A stretch of 35,528 nt of DNA, taken from positions 1-35,528 of the forward strand of contig JAYGFR010000146.1 in assembly GCA_046581755.1 (NCBI GenBank), written 5' to 3'. A program made the translations under genes and the position numbers. Of the stretch, positions 1-9,538 are shown piece by piece. Position 1 is the stretch's first letter. Every line of letters starts with the position of its first letter. The notes below the pieces were generated by a model. That model ran no database searches. It was not told the DNA's origin and saw nothing but the letters and a program-made list of their open reading frames with translations. The DNA is from Nitrospinota bacterium. Lineage in GTDB: Bacteria; UBA8248.

Positions 1-751
1 CAGGTCTGCACAATTTCTTCTTCGGGCTCAAACGCGAGGCCGGTCTAATTTTTGCGCAACACGCTGCTCTTGCCCCCAAACTTTTAATATTACTGCAGCG
101 CTTCCTAGCGCGGTCGGCCTTCATCCGCCCGCCCCCGCCCCCGTCCCTACGTTCCCGTTCCAGGCGTACCCTGACCTTAGCCCTGCACTCTGCTCTTCTC
201 CCCGGGTTTCGAATTTTATCGCAGCGCCTCAGCCCCCTGTCTGGTCGCACCTTACCGCTGCCCATCACGCGGGTTCGGACGCGGTCCTTCACGCGGGCGC
301 GGACGCGGTCCTTCACGGGGGTTCGGACGCGGTCCTTCACGCGGGCCCGGGCGAGTAAGCACGCTGCTTTTGCCTTCGGATTGAGTTTCCCGCACTTAGG
401 CGCAAGCAGAAAAATAAGAGTACCGCGGGAACGGGCAAGGACGCGTTGTTTCGCGCGAAACTCCACGAAGAAACGTCTTAGGCACGCTTTTTTTGCAACC
501 GGACTGAGTTCCCTGCAGGCCTTCTCGCGCCTAAGCCTCGCTGTTTTGGATTCTTCCATCGCCAACCTATCGAAACAACGTTTATTTTCCTTTTCTGTTT
601 TCGCCCGTTTTGCGCACCTCTCCGCACGCTGTGTCAATCTCCTTATGAGCTGTTCCAACTTCAATCTCCCTTTGGAGGCCGATTCGGCGGCCTGCATGCC
701 GAAAAGAATGAATCCTCCAATCACCATCAACGAAACGAACAATCTTTTCAT
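1..751 (-). CDS. Secreted Arg/Lys-rich protein with repeated C-x10-12-C motifs (3' end runs off the window; absent from the ORF track)
   Basis: Translated by hand from ATG at 751 with an AAAAGGAGG SD: MKRLFVSLMVIGGFILFGMQAAESA (signal peptide) ... CAKRAKTEKENKRC ... CRELSPVAKKAC ... CGKLNPKAKAAC ... (RVKDRVRx)3 ... CDKIRNPGRRAEC ... CSNIKSLGARAACC. No stop codon down to base 1. Confidence 0.85.
   Translation of the reverse strand, partial: MKRLFVSLMVIGGFILFGMQAAESASKGRLKLEQLIRRLTQRAERCAKRAKTEKENKRCFDRLAMEESKTARLRREKACRELSPVAKKACLRRFFVEFRAKQRVLARSRGTLIFLLAPKCGKLNPKAKAACLLARARVKDRVRTPVKDRVRARVKDRVRTRVMGSGKVRPDRGLRRCDKIRNPGRRAECRAKVRVRLERERRDGGGGGRMKADRARKRCSNIKSLGARAACCAKIRPASRLSPKKKLCRP
265..350. 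repeat. 24-bp tandem repeat, about 3.5 copies (TCACGCGGGTTCGGACGCGGTCCT)
   Basis: Units at 265-288, 289-312 and 313-336, with a partial unit at 337-350. It is in-frame in the minus-strand CDS and encodes RVKDRVRT/PVKDRVRA/RVKDRVRT. Confidence 0.9.
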
Positions 752-1139
752 TCTAGATCCTCCTTTTGAGAAATGACCTTAGAAGTGACCCGGCAAAACA
801 ACTGTGATCGAATTTAAATACTTTAGTTGATTGAGGTAGAATATGCCATGGGAATTTTAAAAAATCCAGCTTTTTTCTAAAAACCGCCGAATTCTCAAAC
901 AAAAAGTGACCCAGATTACTTTTCACCGGTAAGAAAGAAATATAGCGCGTTTTCGAGGTTAAAAGGTCAATCCCGGGATGGAAAATCCACATAGCGGGCA
1001 TACAGATTTGCCGCAAACAAAAGTCCATAATATACAATGTGTTAGACGTGATTGATTCCCGGCGCGGGAGATTTTCGGGTGTGTGGACGGCGAAACCAAG
1101 CCGGTCCGGGCGTTTCGGCCCCGGGGATTCTCGATATTA

Positions 1140-1293
1140 AAGAGGCTGCTGAAAAACTATTTTTAGAGGTCTTCGACGAGTGATATTCCCTAAAAATTCA
1201 TGTCATAATAGAAGAAAATGGATATCATTTACTACTATTGGATAAGTTTTAGGTCCAGTGAAGCTCATTTGGGGACTTTTTCAGCAGCCTCTT
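1140..1293. mobile_element. MITE / internally deleted IS with IS5/IS1182-like ends
   Basis: Perfect 17-bp terminal inverted repeats AAGAGGCTGCTGAAAAA (1140-1156) and TTTTTCAGCAGCCTCTT (1277-1293) around an AT-rich non-coding interior. The target-site duplication is not clear. Confidence 0.75.
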
Positions 1294-1433
1294 ATAGTTT
1301 ACACCGGTTGAAGAAGGGTTGCGGGGGGTGGAAATTTTACCGGGATTGCTAGGCGTTCTTGGCGTATCCCCCTCCCTCCCCCGGCGTTTGGCCCGTAGGC
1401 GGCAGGGATTTACCCGGTTCCTCAAATATCGGA

Positions 1434-2396
1434 GTGATTAAAGTGACACCTTCCTATCTCGAACTTCGGCAAAGAACGCAATCCCGGGACCGCAGCCTGC
1501 GCGACAAGGTCATGACGCTCGAAGAGGCGGCCGCCCATGTCCACGACGGCGACCACGTGGCGCTGGGCGGCTCGGTCGCTTCCCGGACATCGTTCGCGAT
1601 GTTGTGGTCCTTGATCCGGGCTCGAAAAAAAGACCTTACCTTTTCGCGCTCCATCGTTTCGACTGAAGGCGATCTCATTTTCGCATCGGGCATCAGCCGG
1701 CACATTCTCACCAGCTGGTTCAGCCAGGGAATCGTTTGGGGTGTCTCCCGCGTCATGCGCCACTACACCGAGAACAAGCTGGCCCGCTTCGAGGAGTGGA
1801 GCCATATGTCCATCGGCCTCCGCTATCGGGCCGGGGCCATGGGGGTTCCCTTCCTGCCCATGCGCTCCATGATGGGTTCCGACGTCGCCGGACTGTTGGA
1901 CAATCTCCATGAAATGAACTGCCCGTTCACGGGAGAGAAGATTCTCCTGGTCCCGGCGCTCAATCCCGACGTGGCGCTCATTCATGTCCAGCGTTGCGAC
2001 CCCTACGGAAACGCCCAGTTCGACGGCCTCACGTTCATGGATTTCGACTTGGCCATGGCGGCGAACCGGGTGATCATAACGGCCGAGCGCATCATCTCGA
2101 ACGACCAGATTCGCCGCTTGCCGGACCGGACGAAAATACCGTTCTTCACCGTGGATGCTGTGGTGGAGGTTCCCTACGGGTGCGCTCCCCATGAATGCTT
2201 CGGCGTCTACGAGCCTTTTTACTCGCATATGGATTACTACGCCGAGTTGACCCGAAGCGACCCCGAAGCCGGCGCCGCCGAATACCTGAACCGGTTTTAT
2301 TACGAGCCTGCGAGCTGGACCGAGTACCTCGATCGGATCGGCCTGGATCAACTGCTTGAAGCATCCAGGAGAGGGGTGAGCATCTATGACGACTGA
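1434..2396 (+). CDS. gctA: Family I CoA-transferase subunit A (glutaconate CoA-transferase GctA-like)
   Basis: KVMTLEEAAAHVHDGD, RYRAGAMGVPFLP, CPFTGEKILLVPALNPDVALIHVQRCDPYGNA and PYGCAP motifs. GTG at 1434 is preferred over TTG at 1359, but the start is uncertain. Confidence 0.88.
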   Translation: MIKVTPSYLELRQRTQSRDRSLRDKVMTLEEAAAHVHDGDHVALGGSVASRTSFAMLWSLIRARKKDLTFSRSIVSTEGDLIFASGISRHILTSWFSQGIVWGVSRVMRHYTENKLARFEEWSHMSIGLRYRAGAMGVPFLPMRSMMGSDVAGLLDNLHEMNCPFTGEKILLVPALNPDVALIHVQRCDPYGNAQFDGLTFMDFDLAMAANRVIITAERIISNDQIRRLPDRTKIPFFTVDAVVEVPYGCAPHECFGVYEPFYSHMDYYAELTRSDPEAGAAEYLNRFYYEPASWTEYLDRIGLDQLLEASRRGVSIYDD

Positions 2397-3159
2397 GACG
2401 GGAAACTTCACGGCTTCCGAGCTTCTGTGCGTGATGAGCTCTAGGGTTCTCGAAGAGGGGCAGGTGGTCTTCGCAGGGGTGGGAATCCCCATTTTGGCGG
2501 CGACGCTGGCCCAGCGCCTTCACGCGCCGGGAGTCACGATCCTGTTCGAGGGCGGAATTATCGGCCCCCATGTGGTTCCGGGAGAACTCCCCCCCACCAC
2601 GAACGAGCAGCGCGCTTCCCGGCGGGCGAACATGATCCTCGGCATCACCGAAGTCCTCCTTCTCCTCCAGCGGGGCTATGTCGATGTGGGCTTCATGGGA
2701 GGGGCCCAGATCGACCAGTACGGGAACCTGAACAGCTCTTTCATTGGTCCGGCGGACAGCCCTTCGGTGCGCCTGCCGGGAACCGGAGGCGGGAACGACA
2801 TCGCGAGTCTCACGAAAATGATCGTCGCCATGCCGCAGGAAAAGCGCCGCTTCGTGGAAAAGGTGGACTTTGTGACGAGCCCCGGTTATCTGACGGGCGG
2901 AACCTCCCGCGTTGATTCGGGGCTGGTTGCGGGCGGCATGCACCGGGTGGTGACCGACCTCGCCATGCTGGGCTTTGAGGAGGAGTCGGGGCGGATGATG
3001 GTTCTCGAACTTCATCCGGGCGTCACGCCGGAGCGGGTGCGGGAAAACACCGGATTCGAACTCATCATCGGGCCGGACGTGGGCGTCACCGAGCCGCCCA
3101 CCGATGAGGAGTTGGCGGCTCTGCGCCATCTTGACCCCGACAAAGTGTACATAGCCTGA
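2386..3159 (+). CDS. gctB: Family I CoA-transferase subunit B (GctB-like)
   Basis: VFAGVGIP, ILFEGG (catalytic Glu position), GGAQIDQYGNLNS, RLPGTGGGNDIAS and VDFVTSPG motifs. Overlaps the subunit A stop. Confidence 0.9.
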   Translation: MTTETGNFTASELLCVMSSRVLEEGQVVFAGVGIPILAATLAQRLHAPGVTILFEGGIIGPHVVPGELPPTTNEQRASRRANMILGITEVLLLLQRGYVDVGFMGGAQIDQYGNLNSSFIGPADSPSVRLPGTGGGNDIASLTKMIVAMPQEKRRFVEKVDFVTSPGYLTGGTSRVDSGLVAGGMHRVVTDLAMLGFEEESGRMMVLELHPGVTPERVRENTGFELIIGPDVGVTEPPTDEELAALRHLDPDKVYIA

Positions 3160-3216
3160 GCCTTTTTATCCGGGAACAGCCATGAGCCGGAAAGCAAATA
3201 TGAGCCGGAGAACACC

Positions 3217-4491
3217 ATGAGCGCCGAGATCAGAAAAAAAATTCTTGCCGAGGTGGACGCGCGGCGCGAGGAAATTATCGAGTTTGTCCAGACCCTCGTC
3301 CGCATTCCGAGCGTTACGGGCAATGAGGGCGAGATTCAGAATTTCATCGCGGATTATTTGCGCGGCATGGGGCTTGAGACCGATGTCTGGGAGTCGGACT
3401 GGGAAGAGCTCAAAAAACATCCCGAGTACGTTCCCGTCACCCGGGGCTATGAAGGGCGGCCCAACGTGGTCAGCGTTTTGAAAGGGTCGGGCGGGGGGAA
3501 ATCCCTGCTCATGAACGGCCACACCGACACCGTCCCGAACGGCCCGCCTGATGCCTGGGAGTATGGCCCGCTATCGGCGGATCTGGTGGACGGCCGGGTG
3601 TACGGGCGCGGGGCCTCGGACATGAAAAGCGGCGTTGCCGCCATCATCATGGCCGCGAAATGTTTTATGGAGGCGGGGCTCAGGCCCAAGGGCGATGTCA
3701 TCCTGGATTTCGTGGTGGATGAGGAGCTGAGCGGCCACGGCACGCTGGATACGATATTACGCGGCTACACGGCGGACGCGGGGATTTGCTGCGAGACGAG
3801 CGAGAACGCCGTTCAGCCCGGCTGCATCGGGCGCATCTGGTTCGAGATTCTTGTAAGGGGAAAGGCGGCGGGGATTCAGCGCCGCTACGAGGGAGTGAAC
3901 GCTATCGATCTGGGCTACAAGATCGTCCAGGCGGTGGCTGATCTGGAAAAAAAGCGCCTCGAAACGGTATCGCATCCGCTCTACCCCAATATTATCGACG
4001 CGATTCCCTGCATGGTGGGCTCGATGGAGGCGGGGAGTTTTCCGAGCGCGTTTCCGGACACCTGTGTGCTCAAGGGAAGCCTCGCCACCGTGCCGGGCGA
4101 GGATCACGGCGCGGCCAAGCAGAGCCTGGTTGATGCGGTGGCCGAAGCCGCCCAGGCCAATCCATGGATGAAAGAGCTTCCGCCCGAGGTCAAATTCGTG
4201 GGCTACTATGCCGAGTCCGCCGCGGTCGATAAGGATCATCCCATCGTCCGCACGGTCGCCGGATGCTACGAGGAAGTATCGGGCAAGACGCCCGAGATTT
4301 CCGGGCGCCAGGGCGCGGCGGATACGCGATTTTTAAACGGTTTCGCAAACATCCCCACCGTTATTTTCGGCCCAGGCCCCACCACCCAGATGCACGCCAA
4401 CAATGAATGGGTCGCAGTCGAGGACATCATCGACGCGACGAAGACGCTTGCCCTGTCCATCGTGGATTGGTGCGGCGCGGAAGAAAGGTAA
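3217..4491 (+). CDS. M20A metallo-amidohydrolase, ArgE/DapE-family deacylase
   Basis: LMNGHTDTVP, YGRGASDMKSG, VDEE, CCE and FGPG...MHANNE zinc-binding motifs. Confidence 0.9.
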   Translation: MSAEIRKKILAEVDARREEIIEFVQTLVRIPSVTGNEGEIQNFIADYLRGMGLETDVWESDWEELKKHPEYVPVTRGYEGRPNVVSVLKGSGGGKSLLMNGHTDTVPNGPPDAWEYGPLSADLVDGRVYGRGASDMKSGVAAIIMAAKCFMEAGLRPKGDVILDFVVDEELSGHGTLDTILRGYTADAGICCETSENAVQPGCIGRIWFEILVRGKAAGIQRRYEGVNAIDLGYKIVQAVADLEKKRLETVSHPLYPNIIDAIPCMVGSMEAGSFPSAFPDTCVLKGSLATVPGEDHGAAKQSLVDAVAEAAQANPWMKELPPEVKFVGYYAESAAVDKDHPIVRTVAGCYEEVSGKTPEISGRQGAADTRFLNGFANIPTVIFGPGPTTQMHANNEWVAVEDIIDATKTLALSIVDWCGAEER

Positions 4492-4497
4492 AATTAG

Positions 4498-5454
4498 ATG
4501 GCGGGTAAAGACGTCAAATTCGGAATCGCGATGCGGAACTTCACCGCGTATCCCCAGCTTCCCGACGCCGGGGCGCTGATCGACTACGGGGTGAAGATGG
4601 AGGAGCTGGGCTTCGAGTCGGTCTGGGTGTGGGACCACATCCTGCTCGGGGTGGATCCTCACTTTCCGATCATCGAATCCCTCACGCTGCTGACGGCGGT
4701 GGCCGCGCGGACCGAAAAAATCAAGCTGGGCACGGGGGTTCTCGTGCTCCCGCTGCGCAATCCTCTGGTCCTGGCGAAACAGCTCTCCAGCATCGACCTG
4801 ATTTCGGGCGGCCGTCTTCTCGTCGGGATGGCCTCGGGCTGGTACAAGCGCGAGTTCGACGCGGTGGGCGTTCCCTTCGAGAAGCGCGGAAACCTCATGG
4901 ACCAGAACATCGAGATCATCACCCGGCTCTGGACGGAGGATATGGTCCGCGCCGAATACGGCCAGTACAACCTGCGGAATTCCGTCATGTACCCCAAACC
5001 GGTGCAGAAGCCGCGCCCGCCGATTCTCATCGGCGGCTATGTGGACCGGGTGCTGAAGCGGGCCGGAGAAAAAGGCGACGGCTGGCTCACCTACTTCTAT
5101 ACGCCGGAGAGTTTTACGAAATCGTGGGCAAAAGTTCTCCGCTTCGCCGAAGACGCCGGGCGGGACCCATCGGCGCTCGAGAGCACGAACCAGCTGCCCT
5201 TCATGGTGGGTTCATCCCGCGCGGAGGTCGAAGGCCCCATGAACGAATGGCTGAACACCGAGTGGGACTACGCCGACTGGAGCGATTCCACCGCGAACAG
5301 CGCCATCATGGGTACGGCCGATGAGTGCGTGGAGCAGCTCCAGGCGCACATCGACACCGGGGTGAATCGGCTGATTTTCGTTCCTTATAAATATGAGATG
5401 GAACAAGTCGAGATTTTAGCGAAGGAAATTGTGCCTCGTTTGAAAGGTCTCTGA
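4498..5454 (+). CDS. Luciferase-like (LLM) flavin- or F420-dependent oxidoreductase 1
   Basis: GFESVWVWDH, KLGTGVLVLPLRNP, IDLISGGRL, PKPVQKPRPPILIGG and GDGW motifs. Confidence 0.9.
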   Translation: MAGKDVKFGIAMRNFTAYPQLPDAGALIDYGVKMEELGFESVWVWDHILLGVDPHFPIIESLTLLTAVAARTEKIKLGTGVLVLPLRNPLVLAKQLSSIDLISGGRLLVGMASGWYKREFDAVGVPFEKRGNLMDQNIEIITRLWTEDMVRAEYGQYNLRNSVMYPKPVQKPRPPILIGGYVDRVLKRAGEKGDGWLTYFYTPESFTKSWAKVLRFAEDAGRDPSALESTNQLPFMVGSSRAEVEGPMNEWLNTEWDYADWSDSTANSAIMGTADECVEQLQAHIDTGVNRLIFVPYKYEMEQVEILAKEIVPRLKGL

Positions 5455-5495
5455 TCGCTGCTTCGAGAGGCCTGTGTTCTTTGACGGGGGAGCCG

Positions 5496-6531
5496 ATGCA
5501 AACGGATGAACTGGCGTGGGGCTCATCAAGCGCGTTTAGCGAGAATATTTTCGAGGCGGTGGGCGGCACGCCCCTGGTCAGGCTTGGCCGGCTGGCGCGA
5601 GGGGTGAAGCCGGAAATATTCGCCAAGGTCGAGTGGTATTCGCCCACGGGCAGCCTGAAGGACCGGATATACACGCAGATGATCTCCCGGGCCGAGGCGC
5701 GGGGGGATGACGATCCTGGAGTGCTCCTCGGGCAACGCGGGGATCGCCTGCGCGGCGGCGGCCGTCAAGGACTATGCCTGCATCATCGTCATGCCCGAGA
5801 TGATGAGCGCCGAGCGGAAACTGATGATCCATGCCTACGGGGCGGAACTCGTTACCATCCCCGGCGGCGAGAGCGATGTGGATGTCGCCCTCAAGCGGAT
5901 GAAGGAGATGGCGGCATCCGCGCCGGAGCGCTACTGGGTGCCGGGCGAATTCGAAAACCTCGATAACGTGGACACCCACTACACGACCTCGGGGCCGGAG
6001 GTATGGGAACAGCTCGAGGGAAACGTCGATGCGGTGATCGCCGCGGTGGGAACCGGCGGCTGGCTCACCGGGGTGGGGCGGTTTTTGAAGGAAAAAAACC
6101 CCGCCCTCAAGATATACGGGGTCGAGCCCACGGAGTCGCCTCTGATCAGCGGAGGGCTCTGCTGCGGGCACGGCATCGCCGGCATCGGAGGCGGGTTGAT
6201 ACCCAATATTCTGGACCTCTCGCTGCTCGACGGGATCATCACGAGTTCGACCGAGGAGGCGCTCCGGATGGCGCGGCGCGCTTCGCGCGAGGAGGGTCTG
6301 TTCTACGGAATTTCCTCGGGCTGCAACCTGGCCGCTGCGCTTAAATTTGCGCGCCCGTGTCCCGAGACGGGACGGATCGTGACGATTTTCGGGGATTCGG
6401 GCCAGCGCTATTTTTCCACCCCGCTCTGCCACGATGAGGCGGAGATGGAGGCGGCGCTTCAAAATGTGGTGGAGGGGGATCGCGATGCGATGCTGCGAAA
6501 GTTCCGGAAAACCTGGGACATCATCGATTGA
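5496..6531 (+). pseudogene. Frameshifted PLP-dependent cysteine-synthase-family gene (paralog of the next gene)
   Basis: The N-terminal part (GGTPLVRL...KVEWYSPTGSLKDRIY...AEARG) and the C-terminal part (MTILECSSGNAG...) lie in different frames. Comparison with the downstream paralog implies a 14-nt deletion at the G6 run 5701-5706. Confidence 0.82.
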
Positions 6532-6598
6532 TCCGGATATTTTTTCGAAACCGCCGCGCTGTACGAGCGGGGAATACACGAAACGAAGTGAACGCTAA

Positions 6599-7654
6599 AT
6601 GACGATTCAACGGCGCGCGTGGGATTCATACCGGCGCTATTCGGGACATATTTTCGACGCTATCGGCGGTACGCCACTGGTGCGGCTGAACAAAGTGAGC
6701 GCCGGCTTCGAGCCGGATATTTTCGTTAAGCTGGAGTGGTACTCGCCGACGGGCAGCCTCAAGGACCGGATTTACCAGAATATGCTCACCAAAGCCGAAG
6801 AGCGCGGGGACCTCAAGGCGGGGATGACGGTGCTGGAGTGCTCGACCGGCAACGCGGGGATCGCCTGCTCATTCGTGTCGGTGATGTTGGGCCACCCCTG
6901 CATCGTCGTGATGCCCGAGGGGATGAGCGATGAGCGGAAAAAGCTCATGCGCGCCTACGGGGCGGACCTTGTGTTCACCCCGGGCGGGGAGAGCGATGTC
7001 GATCTCGCTCTGGAAAAACTCGAAGAAATCCGCTCCGCCGATCCGGATAAATACTGGGTGCCCTCCCAGTTCGACAATCTTGACAACAACGAAGCCCACT
7101 ACCTGACGACGGGTCCGGAGATTTGGGAACAGCTCGGCGGCAAGGTGGACGCCGTGATCGCCTCTCAGGGGACCGGCGGCTGGGTGAGCGGAGTTGGAAA
7201 ATTCATCCGGGAGCAAAGTCCGGATGTGCGCCTGTATGCGGTCGAGCCCGAGGAGTGTCCGCTTCTGAGTGAGCGGGGCTGGGGCCCGCACGGGATCGAG
7301 GGCATCGGAGACGGTTTTGTCCCCAGGGCGCTGGACCTTTCTCTCTTGAACGGAATCGTAACGACAACGACGGATGAATCGCTCGAAATGGCCCGGCGGC
7401 TTGCCCGCGAGGAGGGTATTTTTTGCGGCATCTCATCGGGGTGCAACGTGGCGGCGGCGATCAAACTGGCTCGCTCACACCCCGAGCTCGGCGGCATCGT
7501 CACGAACATCAACGACACGGGGCAGCGTTATTTCACGACCGCCCTTTGCGGGGAGGAGAAACACGTCGAAATCCCCGAGCGGGATCACGCTGTGGACGCC
7601 TACAGCGCGGCGGAGCTGGATAAATACGCTCCTGAATGGGAGATCATCACCTAA
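6599..7654 (+). CDS. PLP-dependent cysteine synthase/CBS-family enzyme (fold type II), divergent subfamily
   Basis: IGGTPLVRL, KLEWYSPTGSLKDR (PLP Lys), ECSTGNAG, HYLTTGPEIWEQ, GTGG, HGIEGIG, EEGIFCGISSG and DTGQRY motifs. Confidence 0.92.
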   Translation: MTIQRRAWDSYRRYSGHIFDAIGGTPLVRLNKVSAGFEPDIFVKLEWYSPTGSLKDRIYQNMLTKAEERGDLKAGMTVLECSTGNAGIACSFVSVMLGHPCIVVMPEGMSDERKKLMRAYGADLVFTPGGESDVDLALEKLEEIRSADPDKYWVPSQFDNLDNNEAHYLTTGPEIWEQLGGKVDAVIASQGTGGWVSGVGKFIREQSPDVRLYAVEPEECPLLSERGWGPHGIEGIGDGFVPRALDLSLLNGIVTTTTDESLEMARRLAREEGIFCGISSGCNVAAAIKLARSHPELGGIVTNINDTGQRYFTTALCGEEKHVEIPERDHAVDAYSAAELDKYAPEWEIIT

Positions 7655-7686
7655 ATGCGGCCGGTAAACGGGCAGGACTTGAACTC

Positions 7687-8553
7687 ATGCTCTATCTCCA
7701 GATTCTGATCAACAGCATTCTCCTCGGGGGTATCTACGCCTGCATCGCCGTGGGCTTTTCGCTCGTTTGGGGCGTGATGAACATCCTGAATATTTTGCAC
7801 GGCACCTTCTTGATGTTGGGCGGATACGTTACCTTCTGGTTGTTCAAGCTCTACGGTGTGGATCCGTTTTTCTCGCTGCCGGTTTCGGCTGCGGTGATGT
7901 TCTGCTCCGGCTACGTCATCCAGCGCGGGCTAATCAACAAAATCGTCCGCGCGCCGATGTTCATGTCGCTTATTCTCACGTTCGGGCTTCAGATGATCGT
8001 CGTGCGCCTGGCGATTTATTTTTTCACGGGCGATTTTCGAACGGTCCAGCCTTCGTATGCCAGCTTTTCTCTTTCATTTTACGGGCTGATCATTCCCTTC
8101 GTCCGGGTGGCCATTTTTGTTCTGGGCCTGATTCTTACCGCCCTTTTGTTCTGGTTCCTGGCGCGGACGCGCACGGGCCGGGCGATACGCGCCACGCGGA
8201 TGGACCTGGATTCCGCTCAGTTGATGGGGGTGAACATCGGGAATATCTACGCCATCACCTACGGGCTGGGCGCGGCTGTGGCGGCCACCGCCGGTTCGCT
8301 CGTGAGCGTCGGATTCGCCATCTCTCCGGTAAGCGATGTCGAGTTTCTCTCCAAATCCTTCATCATCTGCACGATCGGCGGGCTGGGAAATATCATGGGC
8401 GCCCTCGCGGGCGGGCTGATCCTGGGGTTGGTCGAGAATTTCGGCGCCCTCTATCTGGGGCCGGGCCTCCAGAATGCCGTCGGCTACATGGTGCTCATTC
8501 TGGTGCTCTTCATCCGGCCGACGGGCCTGATGGGCCGCAAGGGGTTCGAATAA
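7687..8553 (+). CDS. livH: Branched-chain amino acid-type (HAAT) ABC permease
   Basis: QILINSILLGGIYACIAVGFSLVWGVMNILN, RTRTGRAIRA and IGGLGNIMGA motifs. ATG at 7687. Confidence 0.9.
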   Translation: MLYLQILINSILLGGIYACIAVGFSLVWGVMNILNILHGTFLMLGGYVTFWLFKLYGVDPFFSLPVSAAVMFCSGYVIQRGLINKIVRAPMFMSLILTFGLQMIVVRLAIYFFTGDFRTVQPSYASFSLSFYGLIIPFVRVAIFVLGLILTALLFWFLARTRTGRAIRATRMDLDSAQLMGVNIGNIYAITYGLGAAVAATAGSLVSVGFAISPVSDVEFLSKSFIICTIGGLGNIMGALAGGLILGLVENFGALYLGPGLQNAVGYMVLILVLFIRPTGLMGRKGFE

Positions 8554-8554
8554 C

Positions 8555-9538
8555 ATGTTCAGGCCCTGGACAAAAAATCAGTGGATATTGATGGGGATGG
8601 GTGCGGTCGCCCTGATTCTCCTTCCCTCATTTTCGGAAAACGACGTCATCCGCAAATGGATGGACATCCTGCTGATCGCCATCCTGGCGATAAGCTGGAA
8701 CTTCATCGGCGGGCTGACGGGCTACCCCTCGTTTGCGCCGGCGGCCTTCTTTGGCCTGGGGGCATACGTCACCGCCATCTTGATGAAGGCCGGATTCAAT
8801 TTTTTCTTCACCCTCGTGATCGGCTCCGCCTTCGGCGGGATGATCGCGCTGGCGCTCGGGATTCCGATCCTGCGTCTTCGCGGGCATTATTTCGCCATCG
8901 CCACCTTCGGGGTGGCCGAGTTTTTCCGCGAGCTGGCCGACAACCTTCGCATCACCGGCGGGGGGGACGGCATCAATCTCCCTCAAATCACGGGGGGGCC
9001 GGACTATTTCACCCGCTTTTTCTATTTCTCGATGCTGGGCGTCGCCGTATTGGCATTTCTGGTTCAGTACTTCGTCACCCGCCACCGCCTGGGGTACGGG
9101 CTGGTGGCCATCCGGGAGAACGAAGCAGCCGCGGCGATGACCGGAATCGACACCACGAAATACAAGGTCATCGCTTTTGTTCTCTCCTCCGTTTTTCCCG
9201 CGATGGCGGGCGGGGTGTACGCCTATCGGGCCGCGTTTCTGGAGCCGATTGACGTCTTCGACATCCTTTTTTCGATCAAGGCCATCGTCATGACGATGCT
9301 CGGCGGGGTGGGGACGGTCATGGGCCCGATTGTGGGCGCGTTCATTATGGAATACCTGGCCGATTACCTCTGGGGCGCCTTCACGGAGTTCCACAGCGCG
9401 TTCCTGGGAATCATCATCGTTTTGATCGTTTTGTTTATTCCCCGGGGGCTGATGGCGATAATCCAGGAACTGCGGCTCAAGGGCTGGAGATCTCTGGGAC
9501 CCATTCTGCGCAGCAATGTCCAGAGGTTCAAGGTATGA
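8555..9538 (+). CDS. livM: HAAT ABC permease
   Basis: SWNFIGGLTGYPSF, LRLRGHYFAIAT, AIRENEAAA and MLGGVGT motifs. Confidence 0.9.
   Translation: MFRPWTKNQWILMGMGAVALILLPSFSENDVIRKWMDILLIAILAISWNFIGGLTGYPSFAPAAFFGLGAYVTAILMKAGFNFFFTLVIGSAFGGMIALALGIPILRLRGHYFAIATFGVAEFFRELADNLRITGGGDGINLPQITGGPDYFTRFFYFSMLGVAVLAFLVQYFVTRHRLGYGLVAIRENEAAAAMTGIDTTKYKVIAFVLSSVFPAMAGGVYAYRAAFLEPIDVFDILFSIKAIVMTMLGGVGTVMGPIVGAFIMEYLADYLWGAFTEFHSAFLGIIIVLIVLFIPRGLMAIIQELRLKGWRSLGPILRSNVQRFKV

Noticed and set aside
265..350. Repeats considered as a mini-CRISPR array
   Set aside because: The units are contiguous with no unique spacers, are in-frame coding, and no cas genes are present.
381..776. 131-aa + strand ORF in the track
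   Set aside because: It is the antisense shadow of the minus-strand gene, which has a strong SD and a signal peptide.
753..1037. 94-aa minus-strand ORF in the AT-rich spacer
   Set aside because: Atypical composition and no motif. It is more likely the promoter region of the left-edge gene.
5701..5706. G6 run as a programmed frameshift or phase-variation site
   Set aside because: The paralog alignment shows about 14 nt missing, so simple slippage would not restore the lost residues.
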